Shown in pieces: positions 1-12,384 of a stretch of 64,000 bases of DNA. The translations under genes and the position numbers were made by a program. The notes beneath the pieces are model-generated. The model saw nothing but the letters and a program-made list of their open reading frames with translations, was not told the DNA's origin and did not search any database. The DNA is taken from positions 310,001 through 374,000 of the forward strand of contig JAWMAR010000963.1 in NCBI GenBank assembly GCA_036785375.1, read 5' to 3'. How positions within the stretch are numbered: position 1 is the stretch's first letter; each line of letters begins with the position of its first letter. This stretch comes from Leucoraja ocellata. Taxonomy: Eukaryota.

Positions 1-783
1 GCAGTTCCCAGATCCCTCGCGTCCCCGGACTGGCTTCAGTTCCCAGGTCGCCTGCCCCGGGACTAGGGGGGAGAAGAGGGAGAGAGGGGGGTGGGGGGGA
101 GAGAGGGAGAGAGGGAGAGAGGGAGAGAGGGAGAGAGGGAGAGAGGGAGAGAGGGAGAGTGGGAGAGAGGGAGAGAGGGAGAGAGGGAGAGAGACCGGGA
201 CAAAGCAGCCAGCCTTCTGCCCAGTAGCTACCCGCCAACTACCGCCTCCACCGGTTGTGCCTGTGCCGAAGGACACCGTGGCTGGCTGGCTAGCGGGCGG
301 GCTAGAAGAAGGCGCTGGCGGATGGTTGAGCTGTCCAATCCCGGCGGCCGCTCGCAGCCACCCGAGCTACTTCCCTCCCCGGCCACAATGCGGTGGCTCC
401 GCACCTGAAGCGCTGCGGCCAGCGGTGAGTGAGTGAGTTGCTGGCATGATCCCCGACCCCCTCCATCTCAACGCTCCTGCCCAAAGATGCTCCTATCCTC
501 CCCGCAAACTTTACCCCTGGCAGCCCAGCCAATTTGTGCAGCCCAGACCATGCTGACCCGCCCCAGACTTCCCACATGCTGTGAACGGAACTCTCCCCTC
601 CCCCCTGTGGCGCTGTCCTTTTCCAGCCGCTTCCCACTCTACAGCTGCTTCCCATCAACTGCCAGCAATGACGGATAGACTTGGCTATCCCTCAGTACAG
701 CAACATTGTTCTCGATGCAGGTACATTTTTGTGCCTTATTTTTGGGTAAAATATATCGTCTTCATTGCTGGGAAATACTGGTA
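1..783. mobile_element. Possible right part of a GC-rich non-autonomous DNA transposon (TcMar/pogo-like end)
   Basis: CpG-rich block that switches abruptly to AT-rich DNA after cgtcttcattgctgggaaatactggta, which resembles pogo/Tc2-type ends (...gaaaatacgg|ta). The left end lies outside the window. Confidence 0.3.
65..194. repeat. GA-rich simple repeat (GGGAGAGA)n
   Basis: Directly visible tandem gggagaga units; this explains the spurious GRE-repeat ORF 91..408. Confidence 0.95.
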
Positions 784-1994
784 TATCAGAATAACTACAT
801 GGGATATCTGTGTTCAGCATTGTGAACTGCTAAAACGCGCTGGAATGGTGACAAAATAATTTAGTTAATTACACCATTTATGCTTCTGTCACTTATTCAT
901 CACTCACATTGAAACAATCAGCATGGTTCTAAATTATCCAAAATATTTACTGTTCTCTATACATAATTCAGCTACATGTATAGCAAAGCTTGGCAAAAGA
1001 CACCACAATGTAATTTACCACATTCTGCTTTTACATCTTCAGTGCAATGCAGCAATAACGACACCATCTGGTATCTACCAGGAATCAGGGCTGGAAATAA
1101 AGACCAAGCGCTCTCCCAGGTAATAAACAGATAAAAGATTAGTTTATCTGAAGAGAAAGCTAGCAGTTTGGAAATAAAGTGATATTTGTTCAGTGTTGAA
1201 GACTAACTTGCAGTTGTATCTCCTTATTTAATGGGTAACCAAATAACATGCATCAATCTTTCATATTGTGATACGTCACTATATACTTTGAGCTAAAATT
1301 ATTTTTGTTTAGTAATAACATTTTATCCTGCTAGAAGCATTATTGCTAAAAACAAAAGTGGAACCTCTTGATGCATTGGCATTCTTAATTTGAGTAAATG
1401 CAACAGAAGGAAGTTGGGTTAAAAGACACCAGACTGAATCCTTATTGAAAGTCGCAAGTAAACTAGATTAAATAAACGCAGCTCCCACATAATGAATTGG
1501 AGGCAAATTTGCTGAGTTTCTAGTTTCAGAAGTGGGAGGCACTAATTAACTTGTACACCGCACAGCACTGGTTATTAATGCTTTGGAAATCTAATTCATA
1601 TTCAATATATTCATGATTTAAAATCAGTTTTGTACGATGATGCAGCATTACACGAATTGCTGGTACCAGTAAGGTTATTGTTATTAACGTATGCAATATC
1701 TTTTGTGAAGGTGACTTATGAGGACGTACTGGAATTATATAGGGAACACATATAAGTCAAGTCAGTGCATTGGCATCTTGGGGTTCAGTTTTATTAAGCC
1801 AATAAATTTGGGCTTCTAGATTGTGTCTCTTCAAGTTAAGCAGTAGACACAATCTAGAAGGAGCTAAATGACAAGGCCTACATACTACTTAAAAGGGAAA
1901 TATCAATACCTGTACTAAAGAATCAGGAGATGTTTAAGATTGACCTGCCAAGAGAAAAGCAGGCAGCAAAATTGAAGGATACATCCCATATTGT

Positions 1995-2145
1995 CTTGTG
2001 TAGGAAGGACTGCAGATACTGATTTACACTGAAGATAGACATAAAATGCTGGAATAACCCAATGGGTCAGGTAACATCTCTGGAAAAAAAGTAATAGGTG
2101 AGGATTCGGATTGAGACCCTTCTTCAGACTGAGAGTCAGGGGAGA
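1995..2145 (-). mobile_element. Penelope-like element terminal (pLTR) fragment
   Basis: gatagacataaaatgctggaataac...gagacccttcttcagact matches the terminal unit that follows the GIY-YIG remnants elsewhere in the window. Confidence 0.75.
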
Positions 2146-2849
2146 GCGAACTTGAGGTATGAAAAGCTACAGAATAAATCAGAGCCCTTATAATGGTTTT
2201 TTGTTGGGTGCAGGGTGGGGATCAGGAGAGACATCACGTTCACGATTAAAGGAGGAGGAAACTTTCAGATCTCATCAAGAAGGTGCGATTAGACATCATC
2301 GTGGGTTCAGCATCTGGAACATCCTGCTGTGATTATGGCTGCACTTCAAGAGTAATTGACAACATAACCAAGTCCGAACAAAATGTGTAATTTGCTGATT
2401 TCTCACCATCTTGTGACTTAAGCAACCTACAAGTTCTCCATTGTCCAGAACCTATATTGATGAAGAGATTTTAACTAATTTTAGCTTCTCTACAGATGCT
2501 CTCTGAATTGCTGATTATTTCTAAGACTTTCTGTTTTTATTGTAAACATGCTAAATAGGTCATTTTGACCACAGTTATCTTGACTAAACTCCTCCCAACT
2601 TGCTTTTTGCAAGGATGCATTCCTCTACAGTCAATTTCTCCATCTCCGTTGCTCCTGTTTCTAGGATGGGGCTTTCCACATCATCCAAGATGTCTTCTGT
2701 ATTTAGTAAATGTGGTTCCACTCCCTGCTGTTGTTGATACATCTTCACCCGTGTCTTCTCAGTCCCCTGAGTGCTGCTCACGCTCCGCCTGCCCCCAGTC
2801 AGAACACAGACAGAGTTCACCTGGTGCTTACCTTGCATGCAAACAGTCT

Positions 2850-3860
2850 GCATGCAACACATCGTTCTCTGCCATTTCTACCACCTTCAACATTTAACAC
2901 CATTCTCCCTTCCCAATCCCTTTTTCCATGGAGACCACTCCCTCCACTAATCCTTGCTTTACTCATCCCTTGCCACGCAAATCGCTCCCTCCTCAGGTTT
3001 TTCCCCTGCAAATGCAGAACATGTGACACCGATCCTCTCACCTCCTCCCTCACCTCCATCCACGGGCCCCCTATCCAGCAGCCCTTTCAGGTGGGACAGA
3101 GGTTTACATGCACCTTTTCAAACCTCATCTGCTGCATTTAGTGCTCACTGTGTGGCATCCTTTAGACCAGGCATTGACTAGGTGACCATTGCACTTGGTC
3201 CACCAAAGCCTGCTGGATTTCCTGGTTGTCAACCAATTTAACTTCCTTTCCCACTCATATGCCTTTCCAGCCTGAGCCTCTTTCAGTGCCAGAATGAGGC
3301 CACACACAAAACAGAGGAAGAGCACATCATTATCCATTTAAGCAGCTTATAGCCCAATGGAATGAATATTGAATGATCAAATTTTAATAACACATCCCCT
3401 TCATTCTCTCTCTTTCCTGCGCCCCTCCTCACCCTGGTGTGCATCCATTTTCCTGCCATCTCGTCCCTCTTTCACCCTCCTCCCCTATCCCCACTCCACC
3501 CCCCTTCCTCCTATATCCCTCCCTCAGGCTTTATATTTTATTCCACTTCACTCCATACCTGACAACCTCTTGTCTCTTTTTCACCTCTTAACTTTGTCTA
3601 CCCATCTGTCAATAAAGAGAGTCAAGAGTGTTCAATTGTCATAAGTTCCAACAACGGAACATTTAAATGAACAATTAAACCTCCCTCACCTGTATCCACC
3701 TATCACTTCCCAGGGTTTGAATTGTTCCCACCTCTTTTCCAGCATTCTTCACCATAACAATTAATCTGAAGAAGAGTCCCGCCTCGAAATGTTGCCTGCC
3801 CATTCCCTCCACAGATGCTGCTCGACCCATTGAGTTCCTCCAGCAATTTGTGTTTAGCTC
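2850..3860 (+). mobile_element. Penelope-like retroelement 3' part (Cys-rich linker, GIY-YIG endonuclease remnant, pLTR)
   Basis: Translation FFPCKCRTCDT..LTSIHGP..PFQVGQRFTCTFSNLICCI fits the PLE Cys-rich/GIY-YIG region; the terminal unit with CTGAAGA starts at 3766. Confidence 0.85.
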
Positions 3861-4579
3861 ATTATAACCAGAGCTGAATGAAAACAGCAGAGCAGGAAAG
3901 AGGGAAAACGGGAAGAAAATTGGTGAGGAATAAATGTTCGTAGAAATAAATCTACAATTTTAATGGTATTTTCCAACATGCATTTTATTTGGTCAAATAA
4001 AAGGGTTACAAAAGTGTTCACAAAATTATTCTCAATCCAAAGCAGATGGGCAACAATAAATGCAGACGGGAGGACATATTAGACCATAAGCAGAATTTAC
4101 AGGCCTGTATAAATTATCGGTCTCTAATTGAATGCTAGTGATGAAGGTACATAATTCTCAGCAGACCACTGATGTTAAATTACTGGAAACATTCTACGAA
4201 TTATCTAGTTTTGATGAGTCCACGGATCAACCCAGCTACATTGAGTAACTCAAATGAAAGAATGGCAAGAAAGACATGCAACTTTATAAAATGGAAGTTG
4301 CCATGAGCTGCCTTAGTTGCTCCTGTCTGTTCATTGAATCTACAATTCACCAGCATCCTTGCATCTCACCAAATTGGACATATTAAATTGCAAAAACAAT
4401 CCTCTTAAATATATATCTCCAGAAGTCCATATGGAAATTAAAATACAGATAATATTAAATTAGCTGAGTGTAGATATGTAAAGATCTCTGTTGTGTTTTA
4501 ATGTTTGGTTTTACCTCTTTCTTTTGACAGGTGCTAGCTGTTCAAACACATTGGTATGGACCTGTTTATAAGGAATCAC

Positions 4580-5595
4580 TTCCATTCAATGTGATCAAGG
4601 CTGATCATCCACAATCAGTACCCCGTTCCTGCCTTCTCCCCATATCCCTTGTCGCCGCTATCTTTAAGAGCTCTGTCTAGATCTCTCCTGAAAGCATCCA
4701 GAGAACCAGCCTCCACCTCCCTCTGAGGTAGAAATTTCCACAGTCTCACAACTCTCGGTGTGAAAATGTGTTTCCTCATCTCCGTTCTAAATGACCTACC
4801 CCCTATTCTTAAACTGTGGCCCCTGGTTCTGGACTCCCCCAACAGCGGGAACATGTTTCCTGCCTCTAGCGTGTCCAAACCCTTAATAATCTTATATAAT
4901 TATAATTATATAAGATGATGTAAATTTCAATAAGATTCCCTCTCATCCTAAATTCCAGAGTATACAAGCCCAGACGCTCCATTCTATCAAATTATGACGG
5001 TCCCGCCATCCTGGGAATTAACCTGGTGAACCTATGGTGCACTCCCTCAATAACAAAAATGTACTTCCTCAAATTGGGTGATCAAAACTGCACACAATAC
5101 TCCAGGTGTGGTCTCAATAGGACCCTGTACAACTGCAGAAGGACCTCTTTGCTCCAACATGCAATTTGCTTTCTTCACTGCCTGCTGTACCTTCATGCTT
5201 ACTTTAATTGACCGATGAACAAGGACCTCCAGATCCCATTGCACCTCCCCTTTTCCCAACTTGACTCCATTTAGTTAATAATCCGCCTTGCTGTTTTTGC
5301 CACCAAAGAGGATAACCTGACATGTATCCACATTAAACTGCATCTGACATGCATCTGCCCACTCACCCTGCATCCCATAGCATTCTCTTCTCAGTTCACA
5401 CTGTCACCCAGTTTCGTTTCGTCTGCAAATTTGCTAATGTTACTTTTAATCCCTTCATCTAATTCATGGATGTATATTGTAAATAGCTGAGGTCCCAGCA
5501 CCAAGCCTTGCAGTACCCCATTAGTCACTGCCTGCTATTCTCAAAAGGACCCGTTAATCCCTACCCTTTGCTTCCTATCTGCCAACTCATTTTCC
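4580..5595 (-). mobile_element. CR1 LINE, 3' ~1 kb, decayed
   Basis: Minus-strand ORFs MFPLLGESRTRGHSLRIGGRSFRTEMRKHIF and VQQAVKKAN are typical CR1 ORF2 C-terminus. Confidence 0.93.
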
Positions 5596-5799
5596 TTTGA
5601 GCTAAGGCATAATAAGCACATCAATACTGGATGGTGGCTAACAAATCCCGTTATCAACATCTGTACAGTAGGGAAATATCTGGAAACAGGGGCTTTAAGC
5701 TAGCATCTAACAATCTGGTAAATTATTTATCTTGCCCTGCAGACTTGCTTGAAGGCCAGTTTATTGTTTTCCCATTTCAACACTGTTTAACTTTAGTTA

Positions 5800-6580
5800 A
5801 ATTTAGTTTATTATTGTCACATGTACCGAGGTACATTGAAAAGCTTTTGTTTGCATGCTATCCAGTCAAAGAATGGACTGTACATGATTACGAGCAGCTT
5901 TTAATTTCATTGTACATGTATAGTGACAATAAATGGCATATCTATCTATCTATATCTATCTATATCTATTACAATCAAGCTATCCACAGTGTACATATAC
6001 ATGATAAAGGGTACAACATTTACAGTGAGATAAAGTTGGGTTAAAGCTAGTTCAAAGGTCTCCAATGAGGTAGGTGGAAGGTTAGAATAACACCCTAGCT
6101 GATGAGAGGATCACTCAGTTGCCTGATAATAGCTGAGAAGAAACTGTCCCTGAAAGTGGAAGTATGAGTTTTCAAACTTCTGTACTTCTTATCTGATTTA
6201 GAGAGGGGAGAAGAGGTGTTTTCAGGGTGAGACTGGTCCTTGATTATACTGGTGAGGCAATGTGAAGGCAGGGCTAAGGCAGGGTGAAGTGTAAATGGAG
6301 TAAATGGTGGGAGGCTGGTATGTGTGAAGTTCTGGGCTAAGTCCATAATTCTCTGCAATATCACATCTTGGATGGAGCTGTTCCCAAACCAGGCTGTGAT
6401 GCATCCTGATAAAATGCTTTCTACGGCAAATCTGTAGAATTTGGTGAAGAACTTGAACCGTCTCTACATCGGCACCATCAATGCACGCTATGTGTATGAA
6501 GTCAATCATAATCTCCTTTGTCTAGGTGACATTGAGGAAATTGTTGTTGTCTTGGCACCAGGTCACAAAGTTCTGAATTT
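5800..6580 (-). mobile_element. Rex1/Babar LINE 3' fragment
   Basis: SIIKDQSHP...KYRSLKTHTSTFRDSFFSAIIRQL is the Rex1 C-terminus, followed by the tail gtacatgtgacaataataaactaaa on the minus strand. Confidence 0.85.
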
Positions 6581-7479
6581 CCTTTTCTAATTACCTCCAT
6601 CTTAATAAATCAATAGCAATTTTTGGGGGATGATTTGCTTCTTGTTAATTGTTGAGCATCAGTGCTGAACTTTTCAGATTGCTGGTTTTCTACTTTCCAT
6701 TACATTCAAGCATTTTTTACTAACTCTGTATTAGGGTAATGCCTTACATGTTATTTTTATCTGAGATTGATGCACTGACCAAAAGACTTTATAGGAAGAA
6801 TATTTATATGTTTTAAATTTGCTTCTACATGCACACACATAAGCACACAGATAAGCAGATGCATAATAATAGATTTTTATAATGCTGGGAATACACAGTA
6901 GGTCAGGCAGCATCTACTGAATTTGAAATAGAGCCGATGTTTCAGGTCAAAGACCTCTCAACACACAATTGGAAACTTGAAGATAAATTATCGCTAATAG
7001 ATTTTGTTTTGTTGTTATTTTACTTAGTTGGAATTTCCAATGAAATGATACCAGGTTAGGAACATTGACTAAATAATAATGAAGTCAATAAAGGTTATCA
7101 AGCTACAATGTAAATTACAGACACAATGTATTATCTTGTAGGCTGATTTTATGCATAAATATCAATGGTAAGGAGAATGTTTACACACAGGTTGAAAATT
7201 ACTTCAGTGGCATTATTTTGAAATAGGGAGCTTTATATTTCAAAGCTCTGCAATTTTGTTTGGCTGGGTGATAACTTGATCATGAAGAACCTGGGGTATC
7301 AATAATTGAATTATGATAAGCATGTGGCAAGCTGCCAATGAATTTACATTTGTCTCATGAGAGTTTTTAACAGATAGTGTTTTGTGTTTTATTTTGTGCA
7401 CTGAAAGATTTTCCCTTCCAAGGAGCCTATTGTTCATTCTCTCTGGTAATGACCAATTTAAATCTCCTCTACTCTGTGC

Positions 7480-7836
7480 AAGTCACTGCCTCAAAAAGGC
7501 TGGCAGTATCATCAAAGACCCACACCATCCTATCCATCTTCCCGCTGCCTTCAGGTAGAAGGTACAGGAGCCTGAAATCTACAACATCCAGGTTCAGGAA
7601 TAGCTACTTCCCCACAGCCATCAGGCTATTAAACTCAACTCAAACAAAATTCTGAATATTAATAGCCCATTGCACTTTATCTGTTTATTTATATATATAT
7701 ATTCATTGGTATATGGTCACACTGATCTGTTCTGCTATGTATTTATTTATGCCTACTATATTCTGTTGTGCTGAAGCAAAGCAAGAATTTAATTGTCCTA
7801 TCTGGGACACATGACAATAAACTCTCTTGAATCTTG
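7480..7836 (+). mobile_element. Rex1/Babar LINE 3' fragment
   Basis: PLPSGRRYRSLKSTTSRFRNSYFPTAIRLLN followed by a 3' UTR ending acatgacaataaactctcttgaatcttg. Confidence 0.9.
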
Positions 7837-8605
7837 TCCACACACCAATGTTTCTTTCCATTTAGCTTCCATGCCTGAACTGTGCACCATGTCCATGTCA
7901 ACTGCTGTTATGCCTCTCGAACCAACATAACCTGACAAAGAAGCCAAAGTTCCAATGAAAGATCATCAACTTTGCTTCTCACCACAAAGTTGCCGCCTGA
8001 CCTGCTGGGAGTTTACAACATTTCCTGTTTCATGTGATCCATATGATCTGCACCATTTTGCTTTGTTGGTTGAAGAGAGATGTGTGCAGTTTGATTTGTG
8101 TTCAAAAATAACATATAACATTCAGACAAGAGCAATGATTCTCTCCTGGAACACTGCTGACAATGCATGACCTGAGACTAATTTGCTTATAATCTGGCCT
8201 TAAATCATGTGCACCATAATGGGCAAATCTTTTCTGCTGTTGCTCTCTCGTGTGTAGAGGCAGTGATGTTTTATTTCATATTCTTCATTGAACATTAAGA
8301 ATAAGGGTAACTGAGGCAGAGCTTTCAGCGACAATAATTGTGTGCACTCCACTGTCCATCAGTTCCATGATTGTTCCCTGATATGGTTAAGGCAAACTGA
8401 ATCAAACAAGATGCTTTGTGTTCATGCCAGGGACACTGACATTATTATCAGGCATATTACTGCCTTTTGCCGTCAAATATGTTTCAAGGGTAAAGAACAA
8501 GAAGTCAGTTCATATTGTTTCCTCTCTATCTTCTCCAACATCATACTGGGTGAATGGCGAAAACACCTGAGGGAAATTCTCAACAATGAACTTTACTGAA
8601 AGGTT

Positions 8606-8899
8606 AATTTTAGTTTAATTTAGTTTGGAGATACTGTGCTGAAACAGGCCCTTCGGCCCACCGAGTCCGCGCCGACCAGCGATCCCCGCACATTAACACT
8701 ATCCTACACACTAGGGACAAATTACACATACACCAAGCCATTTAACCTACATACCTCTTTGGGAGGAAACCGAACATCCCAAGGAAAACCCACGCAAGTC
8801 ATGGGGAGAATGTACAAACCCCACACAAACAGCATCCCACAGTCGGGATCAAACCTGGGTCTCCGGAACCGCAAATGCTATAAGGTAGCAACTCTACTG
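8606..8899 (-). mobile_element. V-SINE (HE1-like); its 5' tip is displaced to 11402-11421 by a CR1 insertion
   Basis: (TAAAC)n tail, V-domain (reverse complement of gggaggaaacc...aaaacccacgca) and tRNA-like head; the head resumes as tactgctgcgccaccgtgc after the CR1. Confidence 0.9.
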
Positions 8900-11401
8900 G
8901 GAGATTTCAATTTTCCACACATAGACTGGGAAACACATTCTGTAAATGGGCTGGATGGGTTGGAATTTGTAAAATGTGTGCAGGATAGTTTTTTGCAGCA
9001 ATACATAGAAGTACCTACTAGAGATGGGGCGGTGCTGGACCTCCTGTTAGGAAATGAGACGGGTCAGGTGGCAGAGGTATGCATTGGGGAACAGTTCGGG
9101 ACCAGTGATCACAATACCATTAGTTTCAATATAATTATGGAGAGGGTCAGAACTGGACCTAGGGTTGAGATTTTTGGTTGGAGAAAGGCTAACTTTGAGG
9201 AGATGCGAAAGGATTTAAAAGGAGTAAATTGGGACAGTTTGTTTTATGGGAAAGATGTGGAAGAGAAATGGAGGACATTTAAAGGTGACATTTTAAGAGT
9301 ACAGAATTTTTATGTCCCTGTTCGGTTGAAAGGAAATAGTAAAAATTGGAAAGAGCCATGGTTTTCAAGGAAAATTGGACACTTGGTTCGGAAAAAGAGA
9401 GAGATCTACAATCATTATAGGCAGCATGGAGGAAATTAGGTGCTTGAGGAGTATAAAGAATTTAAAAAGAATCTTAAGAAATAAATTAGAAAAGCTAAAA
9501 GAAGATATGAGGTTGCTTTGGCAAGTAAGGTGAAAGTAAATCCAAAGGGTTTCTACAGATATATTAATAGCAAAAGGATAACGAGGGATAAAGTTGGTCC
9601 ATTAGAGAGTCAGAGTGGACAGCTATCTGCAGAGCCAAAAAAGATGGGGGAGATATTGAACAATTTCTTTTCTTCGGTATTCACCAAGGAGAAGGATATT
9701 GAATTATGTGAGGTAAGTGAAACAAGTAGAGTAGCTATGGAAACTATGAGGTTCAAAGAAGAGGAAGTACTGACACTTTTGACAAATATAAAAGTGGATA
9801 AGTCTCCAGGTCCGGACAGGATATTCCCTAGGGCATTGAGGGAAGTTAGAGTAGAAATAGCAGGGCTATGACAGAAATATTTCAAATGTCATTAGAAACG
9901 GAAATAGTGCCGGATGATTGGCGTACTGCGCATGTTGTTCCATTGTTTAAAAAGGGGTCTAAGAGTAAACCTAGCAATTATAGACCTGTTAGTTTGACGT
10001 CAGTGGCGGGCAAATTATTCGAAAGGATACATATAAGTATCCTTATATAAGAAAGAGATAATATATATAAGCATCTGAATAAACAGGGTCTGATTAGGAA
10101 CAGTCAACATGGATTTGTGGCTGGATGGTCATGTTTGACTAAACTTCTTGAATTTTTTGAAGAGGTTACTCGGGAAATTGATGAGGGTAAAGCAGTGGAT
10201 GTTGTATATATGGACTTCAGTAAGGCCTTTGACAAGGTTCCTCACGGAAGGTTGGTTAAGAAGGTTCAATGGTTGGGTATTAATGGTGGAGTAGCAAGAT
10301 GGATTCAACAGTGGCTGAATGGGAGATGCCAGAGAGTAATGGTGGATGGTTGTTTGTCAGGTTGGAGGCCAGTAACTAGTGGGGTGCCACAGGGATCTGT
10401 GTTGGGTCCACTGTTGTTTGTCATGTACATCAATGATCTGGATGATGGTGTGGTAAATTGGATTAGTAAGTATGCAGATGATACTAAGATAGGTGGGGTT
10501 GTGGATAATGAAGTAGATTTTCAAAGTCTACAGAGAGATTTATGCCAGTTGGAAGAGTGGGCTGAAAGATGGCAGATGGAGTTTAATGCTGATAAGTGTG
10601 AGGTGCTACATCTTGGCTGGACAAATCAAAATAGGACGTACATGGTAAATGGTAGGGAATTGAAGAATGCAGGTGAACAGAGGGACCTGGGAATAACTGT
10701 GCACAGTTCCCTGAAAGTGGAATCTCATGTAGATAGAGTGGTAAAGAAAGCTTTTGGTGTGCTGGCCTTTATAAATCAGAGCATTGAGTATAGAAGTTAG
10801 GATGTAATGTTAAAATTGTACAAGGCATTGGTGAGGCCAATTTTGGAGTATGGTGTACAATTTTGGTCGCCTAATTATAGGAAGGATGTCAACAAAATAG
10901 AGAGAGTACAGAGGAAATTTACTAGAATGTTGCCTGGGTTTCAGCAACTAAGTTACAGAGAAAGGTTGAACAAGTTAGGGCTTTATTCTTTGGAGCGCAG
11001 AAGGTTAAGGGGGGACTTGATAGAGATCTTTAAAATGATGAGAGGAATAGGCAGAGTTGACGTGGATAAGCTTTTCCCACTGAGAGTAGGGAAGATTCAA
11101 ACAGGGGGACATGACTTGAGAATTAAGGGACAGAAGTTTAGGGGTAACATGAGGGGGAACTTCTTTACTCAGAGAGTGGTGGCTGTGTGGAATGAGCTTC
11201 CAGTGAAGGTGGTGGAGGCAGGTTCGTTTTTATCATTTAAAAATAAATTGGATAGTTATATGGACGGGAAAGGAATGGAGGGTTATGGTCTGAACACAGG
11301 TATATGGGACTAGGGGAGAATACGTGTTTGGCACGGACAAGAAGGGTCGAGATGGCCTGTTTCCGTGCTGTAATTGTTATATAGTTATATGGTTATATGG
11401 T
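8900..11401 (+). mobile_element. CR1 LINE, 5'-truncated (endonuclease C-terminus + RT), disrupted ORF2
   Basis: GDFN..LDLLL..SDH endonuclease motifs, DFSKAFDKVPH, GVPQGSVLGP and YADD; stops and frameshifts; (ATATGGTT)n tail; TSD tactg at 8895-8899 and 11402-11406. Confidence 0.97.
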
Positions 11402-11561
11402 TACTGCTGCGCCACCGTGCCTCCCTATTAACCTTAAACAGTGAAAACTGATAATAGTGGATTCTTTCCAATGTAAAATTACTGGATTTTATAGATAGTA
11501 CATGGCCAGAGAGGAATAAAAATAAAAGAAAGAAAGAAGATGCTGGATTGAAATGTTATTA

Positions 11562-12029
11562 AGAGACTGTCCCACTGACGCAACCTTTCAGTGACTGTCT
11601 TCGACCTTCAAGCTCGAGGGCACTCACCTGAAAAACCTCGAGCTGAATCGACCGTCAGCGATGAAACCGCGAGCTGGATCGACCGACCGCGCGCACACAC
11701 ACATACAAACACATCGGACCTCCAATGAGCCAATTAAAATGCCTGGTCAGCGAAGGAGATTGCCTATGACCACATAGCTACCCCACTCCACTGCACTATG
11801 AGTTCAAAAGAACCATGCCGACCAATTTTTACTCGCGGAAAACTTTTCAACATGCTGAAAAATGTCCCTCCACCAAACTGAGGCCGCGAGTATGCGGGAA
11901 CTTCCCTCAAGCATGAAGGAGAGTTCCAGTGACCTCATAGGACCTCCAAGGACCACGTGTCAACCATGTTGCAAGTTTGAGTCGAGGGCAAACTCTTCTA
12001 AACTCGCAGATTTTAGCGGGACAGCCCCT
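11562..12029. mobile_element. PIF/Harbinger-type MITE
   Basis: TIRs agagactgtcccact and agcgggacagcccct, flanked by a 3-bp TTA duplication (11559-11561, 12030-12032). Confidence 0.8.
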
Positions 12030-12384
12030 TTAATAAGCATGTCCCCATGGTCAACATTAAGATTCTTATTATTCCTCATTTATATAAATGGCTTACGTTT
12101 ACTATCGCAGAGCAAGGGACAATTAACTAAAACCAATCCATCTATTACAAAGGCAGTTGATTTGTTTACAGTCCGATCAATGACAATTGATCAAGATGGA
12201 TATGACATATTAAATTATTACTCATTACGAGTATTGTTTGTTAAAATCTCAGATTGGATATGTGTGTCCTTCATGAGTTGTTAAAAGAAACCGAGGGAGG
12301 GAAGCAGAAAAATAAATAAAGGGTGGATATACTGTCAAGCCATTTTACTTTCATTACGCATGAGGTTATCTTAAAGTTGAATAT

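Noticed and set aside
91-408. 105-aa ORF rich in G/E/R
   Set aside because: Translation of a GA microsatellite.
8636-9439. 267-aa ORF as a novel SINE-LINE fusion protein
   Set aside because: Chance read-through from an antisense V-SINE into a CR1 inserted in it (TSD tactg); the start is GTG and the CR1 frame is broken downstream.
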